Origin: a virus | Taxonomy: Duplodnaviria; Caudoviricetes | IMG/VR virus record: IMGVR_UViG_3300020045_001891 | Coordinates: 1 to 44,364 of that record | Direction: 5' to 3' (one strand) | Length of the DNA: 44,364 bases | In this document: piece by piece, positions 9,098 to 18,224 of the stretch | How positions within the stretch are numbered: the first letter of the stretch is position 1 | How the letters are laid out: each line of letters starts with the position of its first letter | Notes under the pieces: generated by a model | Databases searched by the model: none | What the model was told of the DNA's origin: nothing | Seen by the model: only the letters and a program-made list of their open reading frames with translations | Made by a program: the position numbers and the translations under genes

Positions 9098-9593
9098 GCA
9101 GATGTACCGCGACCACCATCGCGCTGTCGCCCGTTGGCTCGGGTGGCGGTTTGGCGATGACATCGTGGACGACGCGGTGCAGGAGACGTTTTTGCAGGCT
9201 TGGCGCTTGCGAGAACGAATCGCAGCAGTGGAAAACATTCGCCCGTGGTTGATCGGCATTGCCAAGCGTGTCGCTGGTCACATGATTCGCGCAGCCGGTG
9301 CCCTGTGTCGGGGTGGCGCTGTCTCCGATCTTCAGTGGTCCGAGGAAAGCGACCATAGGGCTGAACCGCCACCGCAAGGTCTGGCGCTCTATGTCGAGCA
9401 GTTGCGCTGCCACTTCGGACATCTCGGCCCAACGCAGCGCGAGGCGCTGACCGCACTGGCAGACGGCGAAACAGCGCAAGAGTTCGCACAGCGCACCGGT
9501 CGCAGCCAGCAGGGCGTCAGTGATGCAGTTAGACTGGGGCGACGGCGGTTGCGTGAGCGACTGGGTGACGATTTTCCTTTCGTCGTGGCTTGA
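9084..9593 (+). CDS. ECF-like sigma-70 family factor
   Basis: region 2 DDAVQETFLQAW...WLIGIAKR; region 4 HLGPTQREAL...TAQEFAQRTGRSQQGVSDAVRLGRRRLRE. Confidence 0.8.
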   Translation: MTSFEQMYRDHHRAVARWLGWRFGDDIVDDAVQETFLQAWRLRERIAAVENIRPWLIGIAKRVAGHMIRAAGALCRGGAVSDLQWSEESDHRAEPPPQGLALYVEQLRCHFGHLGPTQREALTALADGETAQEFAQRTGRSQQGVSDAVRLGRRRLRERLGDDFPFVVA

Positions 9594-9620
9594 CGGCGAC
9601 ACGACTCAACCATAAGGTGA
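9590..9620 (+). promoter_or_regulatory. promoter with 15-bp palindrome flanked by GANTC sites
   Basis: TTGACG 9590, 17 bp, TAAGGT 9613; TCAACCATAAGGTGA 9606-9620. Confidence 0.65.
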
Positions 9621-9625
9621 TTCAC

Positions 9626-9883
9626 ATGGAACATGGTGATAGTGACACAGACTCAGGGCCGATCCTGCTAAGCGAAGAAGAGTGGCACGATGTCGTGTCG
9701 GATGTTTTTGAAGACATCTTCGAGCAGCATGGGCTGGGCAACGCTGTCGGCATGTTCCTCGCAACACTCGGCCAGTGGGCCGTTGAGACTGCCACGGTTC
9801 CGCAGTTGGCATTGTCGATGAGTGGCTGCTTGGATGTGGCTACGGACATGATGAACGCTGCGGAACCGGTGACGGTTAACTAG
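9626..9883 (+). CDS. hypothetical acidic protein
   Basis: ATG just after the promoter. Confidence 0.6.
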   Translation: MEHGDSDTDSGPILLSEEEWHDVVSDVFEDIFEQHGLGNAVGMFLATLGQWAVETATVPQLALSMSGCLDVATDMMNAAEPVTVN

Positions 9884-9894
9884 GGAGACTGTTT

Positions 9895-10176
9895 ATGTTT
9901 GATGATGAAGATGACGATGCACCGGGCGCGGGTCACAACTCTGCTGCCGACCAGCGGTTGCTGTTGTTTGTGGAGCGGTACGAGACTCTTGCAGAAGAGA
10001 AGAAGGGTATCACTGACGACCAGAAGGATGTCGTGTCCGAACTGAAGGCTGTCGGCTACTGCCCCAAGGCGTTCAAGCAGATCATCCGCGACCGGAAGAA
10101 GAGCCGTGACGATCTGGCAGCCGAGCGTGCCATGTATGACGGCATGGCCTGCGCAATCGGTTTGATGTTCGAATGA
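9895..10176 (+). CDS. gapR: GapR/DUF2312 nucleoid-associated protein
   Basis: AADQRLLLFVERYETLAEEKKGITDDQKDVVSELKAVGYCPKAFKQIIRDRKK matches the family pattern; TAGGGAG RBS. Confidence 0.85.
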   Translation: MFDDEDDDAPGAGHNSAADQRLLLFVERYETLAEEKKGITDDQKDVVSELKAVGYCPKAFKQIIRDRKKSRDDLAAERAMYDGMACAIGLMFE

Positions 10177-10442
10177 CCCGCCGGACCCCGCCACTGTGCG
10201 TCGATTGTCGCCATCATGGTGTCACCGCCGTAGCGCGCGACACCTGCAAGCGCAAGTCGCCCATGACCAACAGCGTCACAGGCGAATCGTTCTGGCCGAC
10301 ATGCAAGAGTGAGCGCCGCCCCGGTATCTGGGGTCGCGTAATATTCGGCGGCAGTTGCGGGGAAGTAGGTCGCTATTTTGAGCCGCGACGCGGTGGCGCG
10401 GTACAGTTTCGCTGGGAGACGCCGACCAGTGGCGAAGACTGA
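10173..10442 (+). CDS. Cys-containing hypothetical protein
   Basis: LCVDCRH...C...C...CGEVGRYFEP. Confidence 0.65.
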   Translation: MTRRTPPLCVDCRHHGVTAVARDTCKRKSPMTNSVTGESFWPTCKSERRPGIWGRVIFGGSCGEVGRYFEPRRGGAVQFRWETPTSGED

Positions 10443-10752
10443 CTCCATCGAAGACCTGCTCCGCTCAACACGGATGCACTACGGCCACATCCAGTTGTTT
10501 CGCGACGACCAAGGCTGGCAGGCATCGGTGTATCACTACGAGCCGAAGCGGTTGACGCACGATGGTCGTGTGATGGATGACCCCGTCGCTGCGTTGCGGG
10601 CTGCACTGATCGAGGATGAGCGTCGCACGAAGGATCTGGAACGGCGTTACGCTGGGTCGGTGAAGGTGGGTGACGGTGAGCGGGCACAGAAGGTGCGCGA
10701 TGCTGTGGCTGATCTGAGTGGTGGTGACGATTTTGAAGGGATGTTTGAGTGA
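10429..10752 (+). CDS. hypothetical protein ending DDFEGMFE
   Basis: GTG start after GGGAG; DDPVAALRAAL. Confidence 0.65.
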   Translation: MAKTDSIEDLLRSTRMHYGHIQLFRDDQGWQASVYHYEPKRLTHDGRVMDDPVAALRAALIEDERRTKDLERRYAGSVKVGDGERAQKVRDAVADLSGGDDFEGMFE

Positions 10753-11381
10753 TAGAACTACCAGAAGGTCCGTTCGGCTGCATCAACGCAGATCCGGCGT
10801 GGCAGTGGACGAACTATTCAGGTAAAGGTTCTGCGCCTCATCGCACCGAAGAAGAGCCGTATCCCACAATGACGCTCGACGAAATGAAGCAGATACCCGT
10901 GGCAGACGCGGCAGCGAAGGATTGCCTTCTGCATATGTGGGTAATTGGCAGCCATATTGATCAGGCGCTTGAGTTGGCGCGACACTGGGGCTTCACTTTC
11001 AAGAGTGACGGCTTTGTCTGGGTTAAGACCGGCAAGCACGATCCCAATGTGCGCCCAATCACGATGGGCAAGTGGGTGCGGAAACAGGTCGAATATGGTT
11101 TCATTTTCACCCGTGGGAAGCCGAAGCGCTTAGACGCTGGTGTGCGGCAACTACTTGAGACCGGCGACCAAGTGATCTACGCACCTCGTCGAGAACACAG
11201 CCGCAAACCCGACGAAGTTTTCGAGCGCCTTGAGCGACTCGTTGGTGGGCCATATCTCGAAATGTTCGCTCGCAAGCACCGTCCCGGTTGGGACGTATGG
11301 GGCAACGAGACGACCAAGTTCGATGGTCTCCTACCAGCCCGCGCCGCAACCCCCGACAACTTCGACTCCCTATTCGGTTAA
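10749..11381 (+). CDS. MT-A70 family adenine-N6 methyltransferase
   Basis: ADPAW, YPTMTLDEMK, LHMWV, WGF, FVWVK, EHSRKP, LEMFAR, GWDVWGNE. Confidence 0.92.
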   Translation: MIELPEGPFGCINADPAWQWTNYSGKGSAPHRTEEEPYPTMTLDEMKQIPVADAAAKDCLLHMWVIGSHIDQALELARHWGFTFKSDGFVWVKTGKHDPNVRPITMGKWVRKQVEYGFIFTRGKPKRLDAGVRQLLETGDQVIYAPRREHSRKPDEVFERLERLVGGPYLEMFARKHRPGWDVWGNETTKFDGLLPARAATPDNFDSLFG

Positions 11382-11405
11382 CCTTTGTGTAACCGACGCT
11401 GACCG

Positions 11406-11648
11406 TCAGATGGATCGACGCGGACGCCAGTAAATGATGTCGCGCTCGACGCCGTCAACATCGACCCACCGATCCACGTAGTCGCCCTCAGCGTAATATG
11501 TGACTTCCACCGCGTCGCCGGTCGATGTGAGTCCTTCGACGATCTTCATGGTGAATCCGCAGGTGTTTACGGTCTCGTTGTACCAGTCGCAGTCGATGAA
11601 CGTCAGCGTGTCGAGGGTGTACCAGTCTTCGGTTTGGGTGGTGGTCAT
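11406..11648 (-). CDS. hypothetical acidic protein
   Basis: 80 aa, ATGA-coupled to upstream gene, last gene of the minus arm. Confidence 0.6.
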   Translation of the reverse strand: MTTTQTEDWYTLDTLTFIDCDWYNETVNTCGFTMKIVEGLTSTGDAVEVTYYAEGDYVDRWVDVDGVERDIIYWRPRRSI

Positions 11649-12814
11649 ACGAGCATCTCAGGCGTAACCGTGGATCTGGCGACTTCGCCAAATTCAGAGT
11701 GGTAGGTGATGGCGAGCATCTGCCGGTCGCTGTGCCACCCGCCACGGGCCGCATAGGCGTCACGGGCTGCCAGTGTGCTGTGCTGCACGACCTTGACGCC
11801 AGCGTGTTCCTTCTCTTCTACGTGATGGCGATGCCCAACGTGGATGAACCGCTTCGAAGTCTGACCCCAGATTTCCGGGTACGACGCCGCGAAGTGGAGC
11901 GGCAATCCGTCGTTCTTCTTCATGTGACCGTGGTGGAATCCCAGCATCACTTTTCCGTGTTGATGAACGTAATAGGGTAGGATGCTCTGGTCCACAGTTA
12001 CGCGAGGCTCATTTTCATAGAGCGCCGTGAACATGATTTGCAGCCAAACCGACGAAGATAAATCGTGGTTCCCCTGACAAATCAACAACTTCACTTCGTC
12101 GTGGCTCGCCAGCGCCATATCGACAACGCGGCGAAGAATCCGCACTGCGACTGCCACCACTTTGGGGAAGCGGCTGTCGGCGTCGAGCAGGTGGCGGTTC
12201 GTCGGAGTGACAGCCTCGAAGGAGTCGAAGTGGAGGAAGTCACCGAGTTGGTTGACAACGGCGGTCTGCGCTTTCGGTGACGTGGCAATCATATGGGAAA
12301 ACGCGTCTACCAAGGTCTTCTCAGCGATTGCCAGATCCCAGTCAGCGCCAGTTTCAGCACCCCATGCCAACATGCCGACGTGGTAGTCAGTGATCGTGAA
12401 CAGGTTGCAGAGTTTGTCGTTGCCGTGGTGCGGCGCGCTGACGGGCGCGAGACGAGGGATTTCCGCAGACAGCGCATCAGCCGCAGCACGCAACAGTTCT
12501 TCGCGCCGCTGCTCATCCAGTTTCGTCTTAACCCACTGGCCGCGAGGCTTGCCTTCCTTATCGAAATAAGTACTTACTCCTTTCACCACGTAGGGTTCAG
12601 GCGCAGTCTTGGTCATGTGGTGTTCGGGGGAGAAGCCCTGCACAGCAGCTTTGCGACGCAGGTTTTTCAGTGCCCCTGATATAGTGCCACGGGAAACACC
12701 GAGATGGGCAGCAGCGGAACGATGACCGCCAAGATTCAATATCGCGTCTATAAACTCAATCTGTCGAGGGGTCGCCCACGGGCGCAGCGCTTCAAGGTCA
12801 TTCAGGTCGCTCAT
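11645..12814 (-). CDS. metallophosphoesterase-fold protein with N-terminal HTH
   Basis: TDYH, GDFLH, GNHD, HHGH, GHRHH; HRSAAAHLGVSRGTISGAL HTH. Confidence 0.8.
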   Translation of the reverse strand: MSDLNDLEALRPWATPRQIEFIDAILNLGGHRSAAAHLGVSRGTISGALKNLRRKAAVQGFSPEHHMTKTAPEPYVVKGVSTYFDKEGKPRGQWVKTKLDEQRREELLRAAADALSAEIPRLAPVSAPHHGNDKLCNLFTITDYHVGMLAWGAETGADWDLAIAEKTLVDAFSHMIATSPKAQTAVVNQLGDFLHFDSFEAVTPTNRHLLDADSRFPKVVAVAVRILRRVVDMALASHDEVKLLICQGNHDLSSSVWLQIMFTALYENEPRVTVDQSILPYYVHQHGKVMLGFHHGHMKKNDGLPLHFAASYPEIWGQTSKRFIHVGHRHHVEEKEHAGVKVVQHSTLAARDAYAARGGWHSDRQMLAITYHSEFGEVARSTVTPEMLV

Positions 12815-13106
12815 AGACTGTCTGCTGCTGTTGAAGATTCTGGACGGCCTTCTGCATGTCAGTATTCGCATCGACTTGCAGTTTCAGGAGAAACCCAAGG
12901 ACGGCGAGAATGACAGCGAAGCCTGTTGTGCCAGCCCAAGCGAGGATCTTTTTGATGTCCCCGGTTTCAGACTTCACATTGGAAATGTTTTCTTCGAGGC
13001 GCTTGTAACGCTCGGCACATATGTCTTCGTGTCCATCGACACGCATCTCAACTTTTCGAGCAAGGTCAAGGGCTTCTCGCGCAACGTGCGACGCAGTTTC
13101 ATTCAC
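12798..13106 (-). CDS. coiled-coil plus TM membrane protein of the lysis region
   Basis: HEDICAERYKRL, coiled coil, TM ILAWAGTTGFAVILAVLGFLL. Confidence 0.65.
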   Translation of the reverse strand: MNETASHVAREALDLARKVEMRVDGHEDICAERYKRLEENISNVKSETGDIKKILAWAGTTGFAVILAVLGFLLKLQVDANTDMQKAVQNLQQQQTVYERPE

Positions 13107-13405
13107 TTGGCAGCCTCGCCTCGACAAATCAGGATAATGGGTTCAAGTTCACCCAATCGCGCGTCACGCAGCATCCGGCCAGCGGCGATCAGCGCATAGC
13201 GCTCCGCTGCGTCTGCTGCCTGCTTCAGCGCTTCTGGTGTGTCAGGGTAGTTGGGAGCGCCGTCGAGCGCCGCAGGGACGCATTGCACCGCCACTGGTCG
13301 ATCCACAAACACGGTGCGGACGACAGGTTCCGGTGTTTTGCCTGCGCAACCGGTGAGTGCGAGGGCTGCGAGTGTGACCTTCAGTCCGTGCCAAGCCTCC
13401 ATCAC
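13103..13405 (-). CDS. o-spanin (Rz1-like lipoprotein)
   Basis: lipobox LALTGC, Pro-rich, follows i-spanin. Confidence 0.75.
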   Translation of the reverse strand: MMEAWHGLKVTLAALALTGCAGKTPEPVVRTVFVDRPVAVQCVPAALDGAPNYPDTPEALKQAADAAERYALIAAGRMLRDARLGELEPIILICRGEAAK

Positions 13406-13794
13406 TTCAAGCCCTCCAACACCTTGGCATCCACGTCACGGATGCGCTCTTCCAGAGTGTCGCCTTTGATCGGCGTGTGCAGCAGAAGGTCGGCCTTGCG
13501 CTGCGCGATACGGGTTTCCTTCTTCGCTTCCACCAGTGCAGCGTTCGCCGCTGCGAGACGCTTGGTCGATTCGGCGCTGACCGTGGCAATCGCGATGTTC
13601 TGGTCGCTGATCGCACCTTCAAGGCGCTTCTCGTTATCCTGTGCGATGATGAGACTGGTCTTGGTGGCTTCCAGATCACGAAGCAGGCCGTTCGTTTCGT
13701 GGTTCAGCGTGACGACTTTTGCCATGAGGCCGAGCGACAGCGCAGCGAATGCGAACGTGCCGACTTTCCACGGCGTCGGAATTGCTGAGAACAT
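13402..13794 (-). CDS. i-spanin (Rz-like)
   Basis: N-terminal TM then coiled coil, directly after endolysin. Confidence 0.7.
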   Translation of the reverse strand: MFSAIPTPWKVGTFAFAALSLGLMAKVVTLNHETNGLLRDLEATKTSLIIAQDNEKRLEGAISDQNIAIATVSAESTKRLAAANAALVEAKKETRIAQRKADLLLHTPIKGDTLEERIRDVDAKVLEGLK

Positions 13795-14408
13795 CACTGC
13801 CAGACTCCTGCTTGAAGCGCCTTCTGGAACTCGACAGCGTAACCGGCGATCAGGTCTGCGCGATCCATGCCGTTGATGACGCGACGACACTCGCGGAACT
13901 GTGACGCCACCGCAGAGCCGCTCTTTGGCAGGTAGTGGCGGAACGCCTTGCCGGTGAACCATCCCTCGCTGCAACCGCGCACCATGATGTCAGCGGCGTG
14001 TTTCGGGTTCAGCGCCAGATCCGGCGTGTTGATGAAGTTGACCCCCAACTTGTCAGAGGCTTTTTTGTAATTGGTGAACCCTGTGATCTGGACGTAGCCT
14101 CGACCAGCAAACAGAATGCCGTCACCATCGGCGGCAGGGGTGTTGCCGAGCGCAGCAGCGAGACGACCGGTGTCGTACTTCGCAAAATACTTCGGCCCGC
14201 CAAATTCCTTGACGGGCTGCATGGTATGTCCGGTTTCGTGGTATGCCGTGGCAAGGCCGTATGCTGCAAATGGCAACGACCACTCTGCTGCCGAGAATGC
14301 ATCCAGCAACGTGTTGCAGCCGTCAACTTCGGCGCGGGAGAGGTCGGGACCAAGCATGTGGCCTACACGCAGACGCTGGAAGAACGGACGAGGGTCGGCC
14401 AGTTTCAT
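13794..14408 (-). CDS. endolysin, GH19 chitinase-like
   Basis: LATAYHET...PVKE, GRGYVQITG..NY, RRVING. Confidence 0.88.
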   Translation of the reverse strand: MKLADPRPFFQRLRVGHMLGPDLSRAEVDGCNTLLDAFSAAEWSLPFAAYGLATAYHETGHTMQPVKEFGGPKYFAKYDTGRLAAALGNTPAADGDGILFAGRGYVQITGFTNYKKASDKLGVNFINTPDLALNPKHAADIMVRGCSEGWFTGKAFRHYLPKSGSAVASQFRECRRVINGMDRADLIAGYAVEFQKALQAGVWQ

Positions 14409-14641
14409 TCCACAGTCCCCTTGATCTTGCCCCACTCGCGCACCGCAAAAGCAGCAGTCGCGGCAGTCACATAAGCTGCCAGTGCGGTCATGTCGGGGAC
14501 TTCCCACTTGTAGAGCGGGATCACCACACCGTTGACGATCAGCGTCCCGGCAATCCCGACGCAGGTGAGAGGTCGCCACCACTTACGGACAAGGCACAGA
14601 GCCATTTCTTGCAAGGTGAGAACTTTCGATAGCAGCGACAT
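14405..14641 (-). CDS. holin
   Basis: WWRP motif, two hydrophobic helices, basic C-tail REWGKIKG, upstream of endolysin. Confidence 0.7.
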   Translation of the reverse strand: MSLLSKVLTLQEMALCLVRKWWRPLTCVGIAGTLIVNGVVIPLYKWEVPDMTALAAYVTAATAAFAVREWGKIKGTVE

Positions 14642-14664
14642 AGTTTCACCTTGCGTGTGGTGGT

Positions 14665-14679
14665 TCACCATTTAAGTGA
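14665..14679. promoter_or_regulatory. 15-bp palindrome upstream of lysis cassette
   Basis: TCACCATTTAAGTGA. Confidence 0.6.
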
Positions 14680-14782
14680 CGCCTATCACAACAGCACGGT
14701 CACGTCAAACCGGCGAGGCTCAACGTGATGATAGCAGACCCTGCCGAAACGGAGACATTCTGTGCCCCATTGGCGATACGTC

Positions 14783-17700
14783 TCATGGCGCAACCCCACC
14801 AGCAGCCACCATTGATGCTGAACCTGCGAGAGTCGTCAGCGACGCACCACCAGCGTTGATATTCGCCGCGATGCGAACGTCATAGTCACCGGCAGGCAAT
14901 CCACTGATAGACTGATCCACGGTGATGGTGCCGAACACAGACTCGCTGCTTTCTTCGTCGAACGATGCAGGGGTGCCCACCACGGCAGAAGCAAAGTCAA
15001 CCCAGTTCCCGCTTCCAGCCACAGAATACTGCCACTTGGCGTTCATGCGCCGCGCACCCGAACCGTTAATTTCGTATGTGAGGTCAGCAGAACCGGTCAA
15101 AGTGTCGCCCGCATAGAGTGACATTGAAGGCTCCGACGTGAGCGCATTATAGGAGGTCTGGAAGATCAGGTTAAACGAACTCCAACCGACAGTTCGAGGG
15201 AACTCACCAGTGCCGCCGCTGCCCCCGGTGCCAGTGCCGCCCGATTCACCTGTGCCGCCCGAACCATCGGAGAACACGTTGATGTCGGTGTATTGCAGCG
15301 ATTCAAAGCCGTCGCGCTCCGAACTGACCCGGATAAAGGCGTTCGTGTTACCAGCGAAAGCAGACGCGGCAATATCGTAACTAGTGCCCGTGAGACCGCT
15401 CAACGTGGTGATGACCGTTCCCGCGCTGGTCAGCAGCGTGATCTTGGTTGTCTGTCCCGGTTCAGGTGACACATTTGCGTCGTCCCAGTAAACCACCTGA
15501 CTGTTTTCCATCGTGCGGTTACGGTTCGACCATGTGACTGGAATCGGGTCGAGGCCGTCGATGTCGATGGACATGAACGATTCGCCGTCAACCTTCACGT
15601 TCGCTGGTCGCAGCGGGTAGTGGGGGCGACCGTTCAGCGTGCCTTCCAGATTCGGCGCACTGTCAACGGGCAGGATGCCACCAACGGTGCGGGGCAGCAG
15701 TTTATAGGTGACTTCTTCAGCGTCAGAGCGGATTAGCAAGTCGCTGACGGCGCTGGCGATGTCGATGAAGTAGACCGGCGTCCCAGTGTCCCATGCGCGA
15801 GGAACGGTGTCGAGGATGCCGCGCTTCAGCGTGTAACTGTTGCCGGTAACTTCTGCGATCAGGGCAATCTCGGTTTCTTCGTCACTGAGACTGTCGCCAC
15901 CAATGAAGGCGAACACGTTCTGGTTCGGACGAATTTGACCGGTGAAACCTGAGAAGCCGACAAATTCCGTGGTCGCTTCACGTTCCAGCGCAGTGGTGAG
16001 AACGGCGTGACCCGCGACAGTGTTGGTGGTCAGCGATGCATCGAACGTCGTGCCGTCAACTGCCACCCGCTGCCCGTAGATGTCATAGGCAATCGCGTTT
16101 GCAGACGATGCCAGCACCCCAGCAATGACTTCCGGGTATTCAATGTCTGCCAGTCCGGTGGTCACGGTTGGCAGGTAGTTAGCAGCGAAGAACGCAGGAA
16201 CGGTGATGATCTTGGCGTCTTCAATGGGATACGGAGTCGTATCGTCGTCCTGCCACTCGGATGACGGCGGTGCGCTGTAGTCCGTGGTCGCATACGAGAA
16301 GATGTCTTCGATCAGGCTGGCAGTGATTTTTGGGTCACCCGGCCTGCCATAGTCCACCGGCCCAACGCGCATTGGCACAGCGTTGAGTCCATATTCCGGC
16401 CACGTCACCTTAACCACGTCACCGGGCAACAAGTCCCACGCAGTCCGGTCCAGTTCGACTTCGCAACTGGCAAGCGGTGTCGAAGATGTCCGAAGGTCAC
16501 GGGCTGCGACGGCCATCGCAAGCGCTGAACTGCGGATGCCGTAGTAATTGCGGCTATCTGAAACAGGTCCGCCCTGCGCCGCGATTGCAGCGTTGTCTTG
16601 GATGGTGACAGTTTCTTCCTGTTCGTTCTCAGGGTTCGTCCACGTAACCACGATTTCGTTGGTGATTTCGCCCCATGCGATACGGCTGAACTTGCTCATT
16701 TTGGCGCGTGCTGGGGTGACTTCCCGCAGATCCGCCAGATTGTAATCGCCGCGAATGAGTTTCAGCGTGATAAGGCCATTGCGCGGATTGACGAACACCA
16801 CTGCCTGAATGTGGTCGAGGATTTCACTGACGAACGCTTCAATGGTAGTCTGGTTCGTCCATGCGAGGGACAGACCGAAGCCTTCCAGCAGCAGCGTCAC
16901 AGCGGCGTTTTCGAATGTGCCCGTGTCGATAATGGTCGAAGACGCACCCATGCCCCAGTCGCTGTTCGTCAGACACTCGTAGATGATGTGCGACGGGTTG
17001 GCGTCGGGACCAGTCGAGAGTTGCGTGAACTGCTGGTAAGAGCGCGTCAAGGTGTTGCTGGAACCGGTGAAGTATGCGGTGCTTCCGGCGCGCGGCGCGG
17101 GGTTGCTGAAGCGCACACCCAAACCGCCAACTTCGTCAATCCAACCTGAACCGTTGTGCGTCTCGTTGCCGGGGTTCGTGATTGGTTGTGGCAGCCCACC
17201 AATCGTCATGGAGATGTCGTCAATGTAGCCGTCGTTCACGCTACCCGTCTGCTTCTGCATTTCCATGTAGATGCGGATAGCGTAGGTGTTCGATGGAATG
17301 GTGCTGTTCAGCGTCCGCTCGGTCCACACCATCGGCGTCGTTGCGATCAGCGGTGCCCATTCAATGTCGTCAATCGCTTCGCCGGTTTCGTTGAAGTATT
17401 GAATCCCCATGCGCGCTTGGTCGTCGGGGTTGATACCCTCCTCGTAGGCGGACTGCCACCAAGTCAGTGCTACCGCCGAACCGGGCGTGAAATCGACAAG
17501 CCCACTGCTGCCGAGACGGGGAATCATAGCTGTGTTCGGATTTAGACCTTTGGGGGCGCGCTTCACACCGACCCACAGATCCTTCATGTAGGGGTTATTT
17601 GACACCCATGCAAAACCGCTCGTGCTAAACGAAGAAAACGCACCCCCTTTAAATATGCCCCCAAGTGCGCCACCAAAGGGACCGTCGTAACTACCGCCAG

Positions 17701-18031
17701 TGAAGAACAGCGACGCCACACCCCTGAAACCGGGACAATCAGCACCCGATGCGCGGCCCAGTTTCTGTGCGAGAATGTCGGGCAACACTTGATCTGGGTT
17801 GCCGGGGAGATACGTTACGGTGCCCCGAACGCCGCCTTCCTTCTTCTCGCCGCCGAAAAGAGAAGGTAGATTGATGCTGATAGCGCCCGGTTCGTCTTGC
17901 TCACCAGCCCACGCCAGTTTCTCACCAACATAGATTGCGGTCAGCGCATCGACTTCGCTGCACAGGCCAACGTGCATCGACATAAGGTATTCGTTTACCT
18001 CAAACTCGCCGCCGCCTTTACCTTTACCCAT
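14783..18031 (-). CDS. tail tip / central fibre (host-specificity J-like) protein
   Basis: 1082 aa; LFGGEKKEGGV, NNPYMK, DANPSHIIYECLTNSDWGMG, LLPGDVV, RPHYPLRPANV. Confidence 0.88.
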   Translation of the reverse strand: MGKGKGGGEFEVNEYLMSMHVGLCSEVDALTAIYVGEKLAWAGEQDEPGAISINLPSLFGGEKKEGGVRGTVTYLPGNPDQVLPDILAQKLGRASGADCPGFRGVASLFFTGGSYDGPFGGALGGIFKGGAFSSFSTSGFAWVSNNPYMKDLWVGVKRAPKGLNPNTAMIPRLGSSGLVDFTPGSAVALTWWQSAYEEGINPDDQARMGIQYFNETGEAIDDIEWAPLIATTPMVWTERTLNSTIPSNTYAIRIYMEMQKQTGSVNDGYIDDISMTIGGLPQPITNPGNETHNGSGWIDEVGGLGVRFSNPAPRAGSTAYFTGSSNTLTRSYQQFTQLSTGPDANPSHIIYECLTNSDWGMGASSTIIDTGTFENAAVTLLLEGFGLSLAWTNQTTIEAFVSEILDHIQAVVFVNPRNGLITLKLIRGDYNLADLREVTPARAKMSKFSRIAWGEITNEIVVTWTNPENEQEETVTIQDNAAIAAQGGPVSDSRNYYGIRSSALAMAVAARDLRTSSTPLASCEVELDRTAWDLLPGDVVKVTWPEYGLNAVPMRVGPVDYGRPGDPKITASLIEDIFSYATTDYSAPPSSEWQDDDTTPYPIEDAKIITVPAFFAANYLPTVTTGLADIEYPEVIAGVLASSANAIAYDIYGQRVAVDGTTFDASLTTNTVAGHAVLTTALEREATTEFVGFSGFTGQIRPNQNVFAFIGGDSLSDEETEIALIAEVTGNSYTLKRGILDTVPRAWDTGTPVYFIDIASAVSDLLIRSDAEEVTYKLLPRTVGGILPVDSAPNLEGTLNGRPHYPLRPANVKVDGESFMSIDIDGLDPIPVTWSNRNRTMENSQVVYWDDANVSPEPGQTTKITLLTSAGTVITTLSGLTGTSYDIAASAFAGNTNAFIRVSSERDGFESLQYTDINVFSDGSGGTGESGGTGTGGSGGTGEFPRTVGWSSFNLIFQTSYNALTSEPSMSLYAGDTLTGSADLTYEINGSGARRMNAKWQYSVAGSGNWVDFASAVVGTPASFDEESSESVFGTITVDQSISGLPAGDYDVRIAANINAGGASLTTLAGSASMVAAGGVAP

Positions 18032-18224
18032 CTAGGTTTTCCCGTTCGATTTTGCGCTGCACCACCTGTTCGGCCAGCGCGTCGCCTGTCGCGAGCAGCG
18101 CCTCAGAGTCGATGCCGTTCTTCAGGAAGTCACGGAAGTCGAGGTCGTATTCGCGGAACCACGTTCGTGCCCCAGCAACACAGTGACCAGCATTGCGAAT
18201 GTCGGTGATGGTGATAAGCATCAC
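18024..18224 (-). CDS. tail assembly protein
   Basis: HCVAGARTWF..LDFRDFLKNGI..LLATGDAL; synteny. Confidence 0.75.
   Translation of the reverse strand: MMLITITDIRNAGHCVAGARTWFREYDLDFRDFLKNGIDSEALLATGDALAEQVVQRKIERENLDG

Noticed and set aside
11378-11392. TTAA-N7-GTAA as a CtrA box
   Set aside because: Single imperfect copy at the junction of convergent genes, overlapping a stop codon, not at a promoter
13794-14582. Extended N-termini in the ORF track (endolysin, i-spanin, dNMP kinase, 1466, 29699, 41239 ORFs)
   Set aside because: They overlap upstream genes extensively; downstream starts with RBS or stop/start coupling fit better
15190-15270. GSGGTG repeats in the tail-tip protein as a repeat element
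   Set aside because: Ordinary Gly-rich linker before the C-terminal domain
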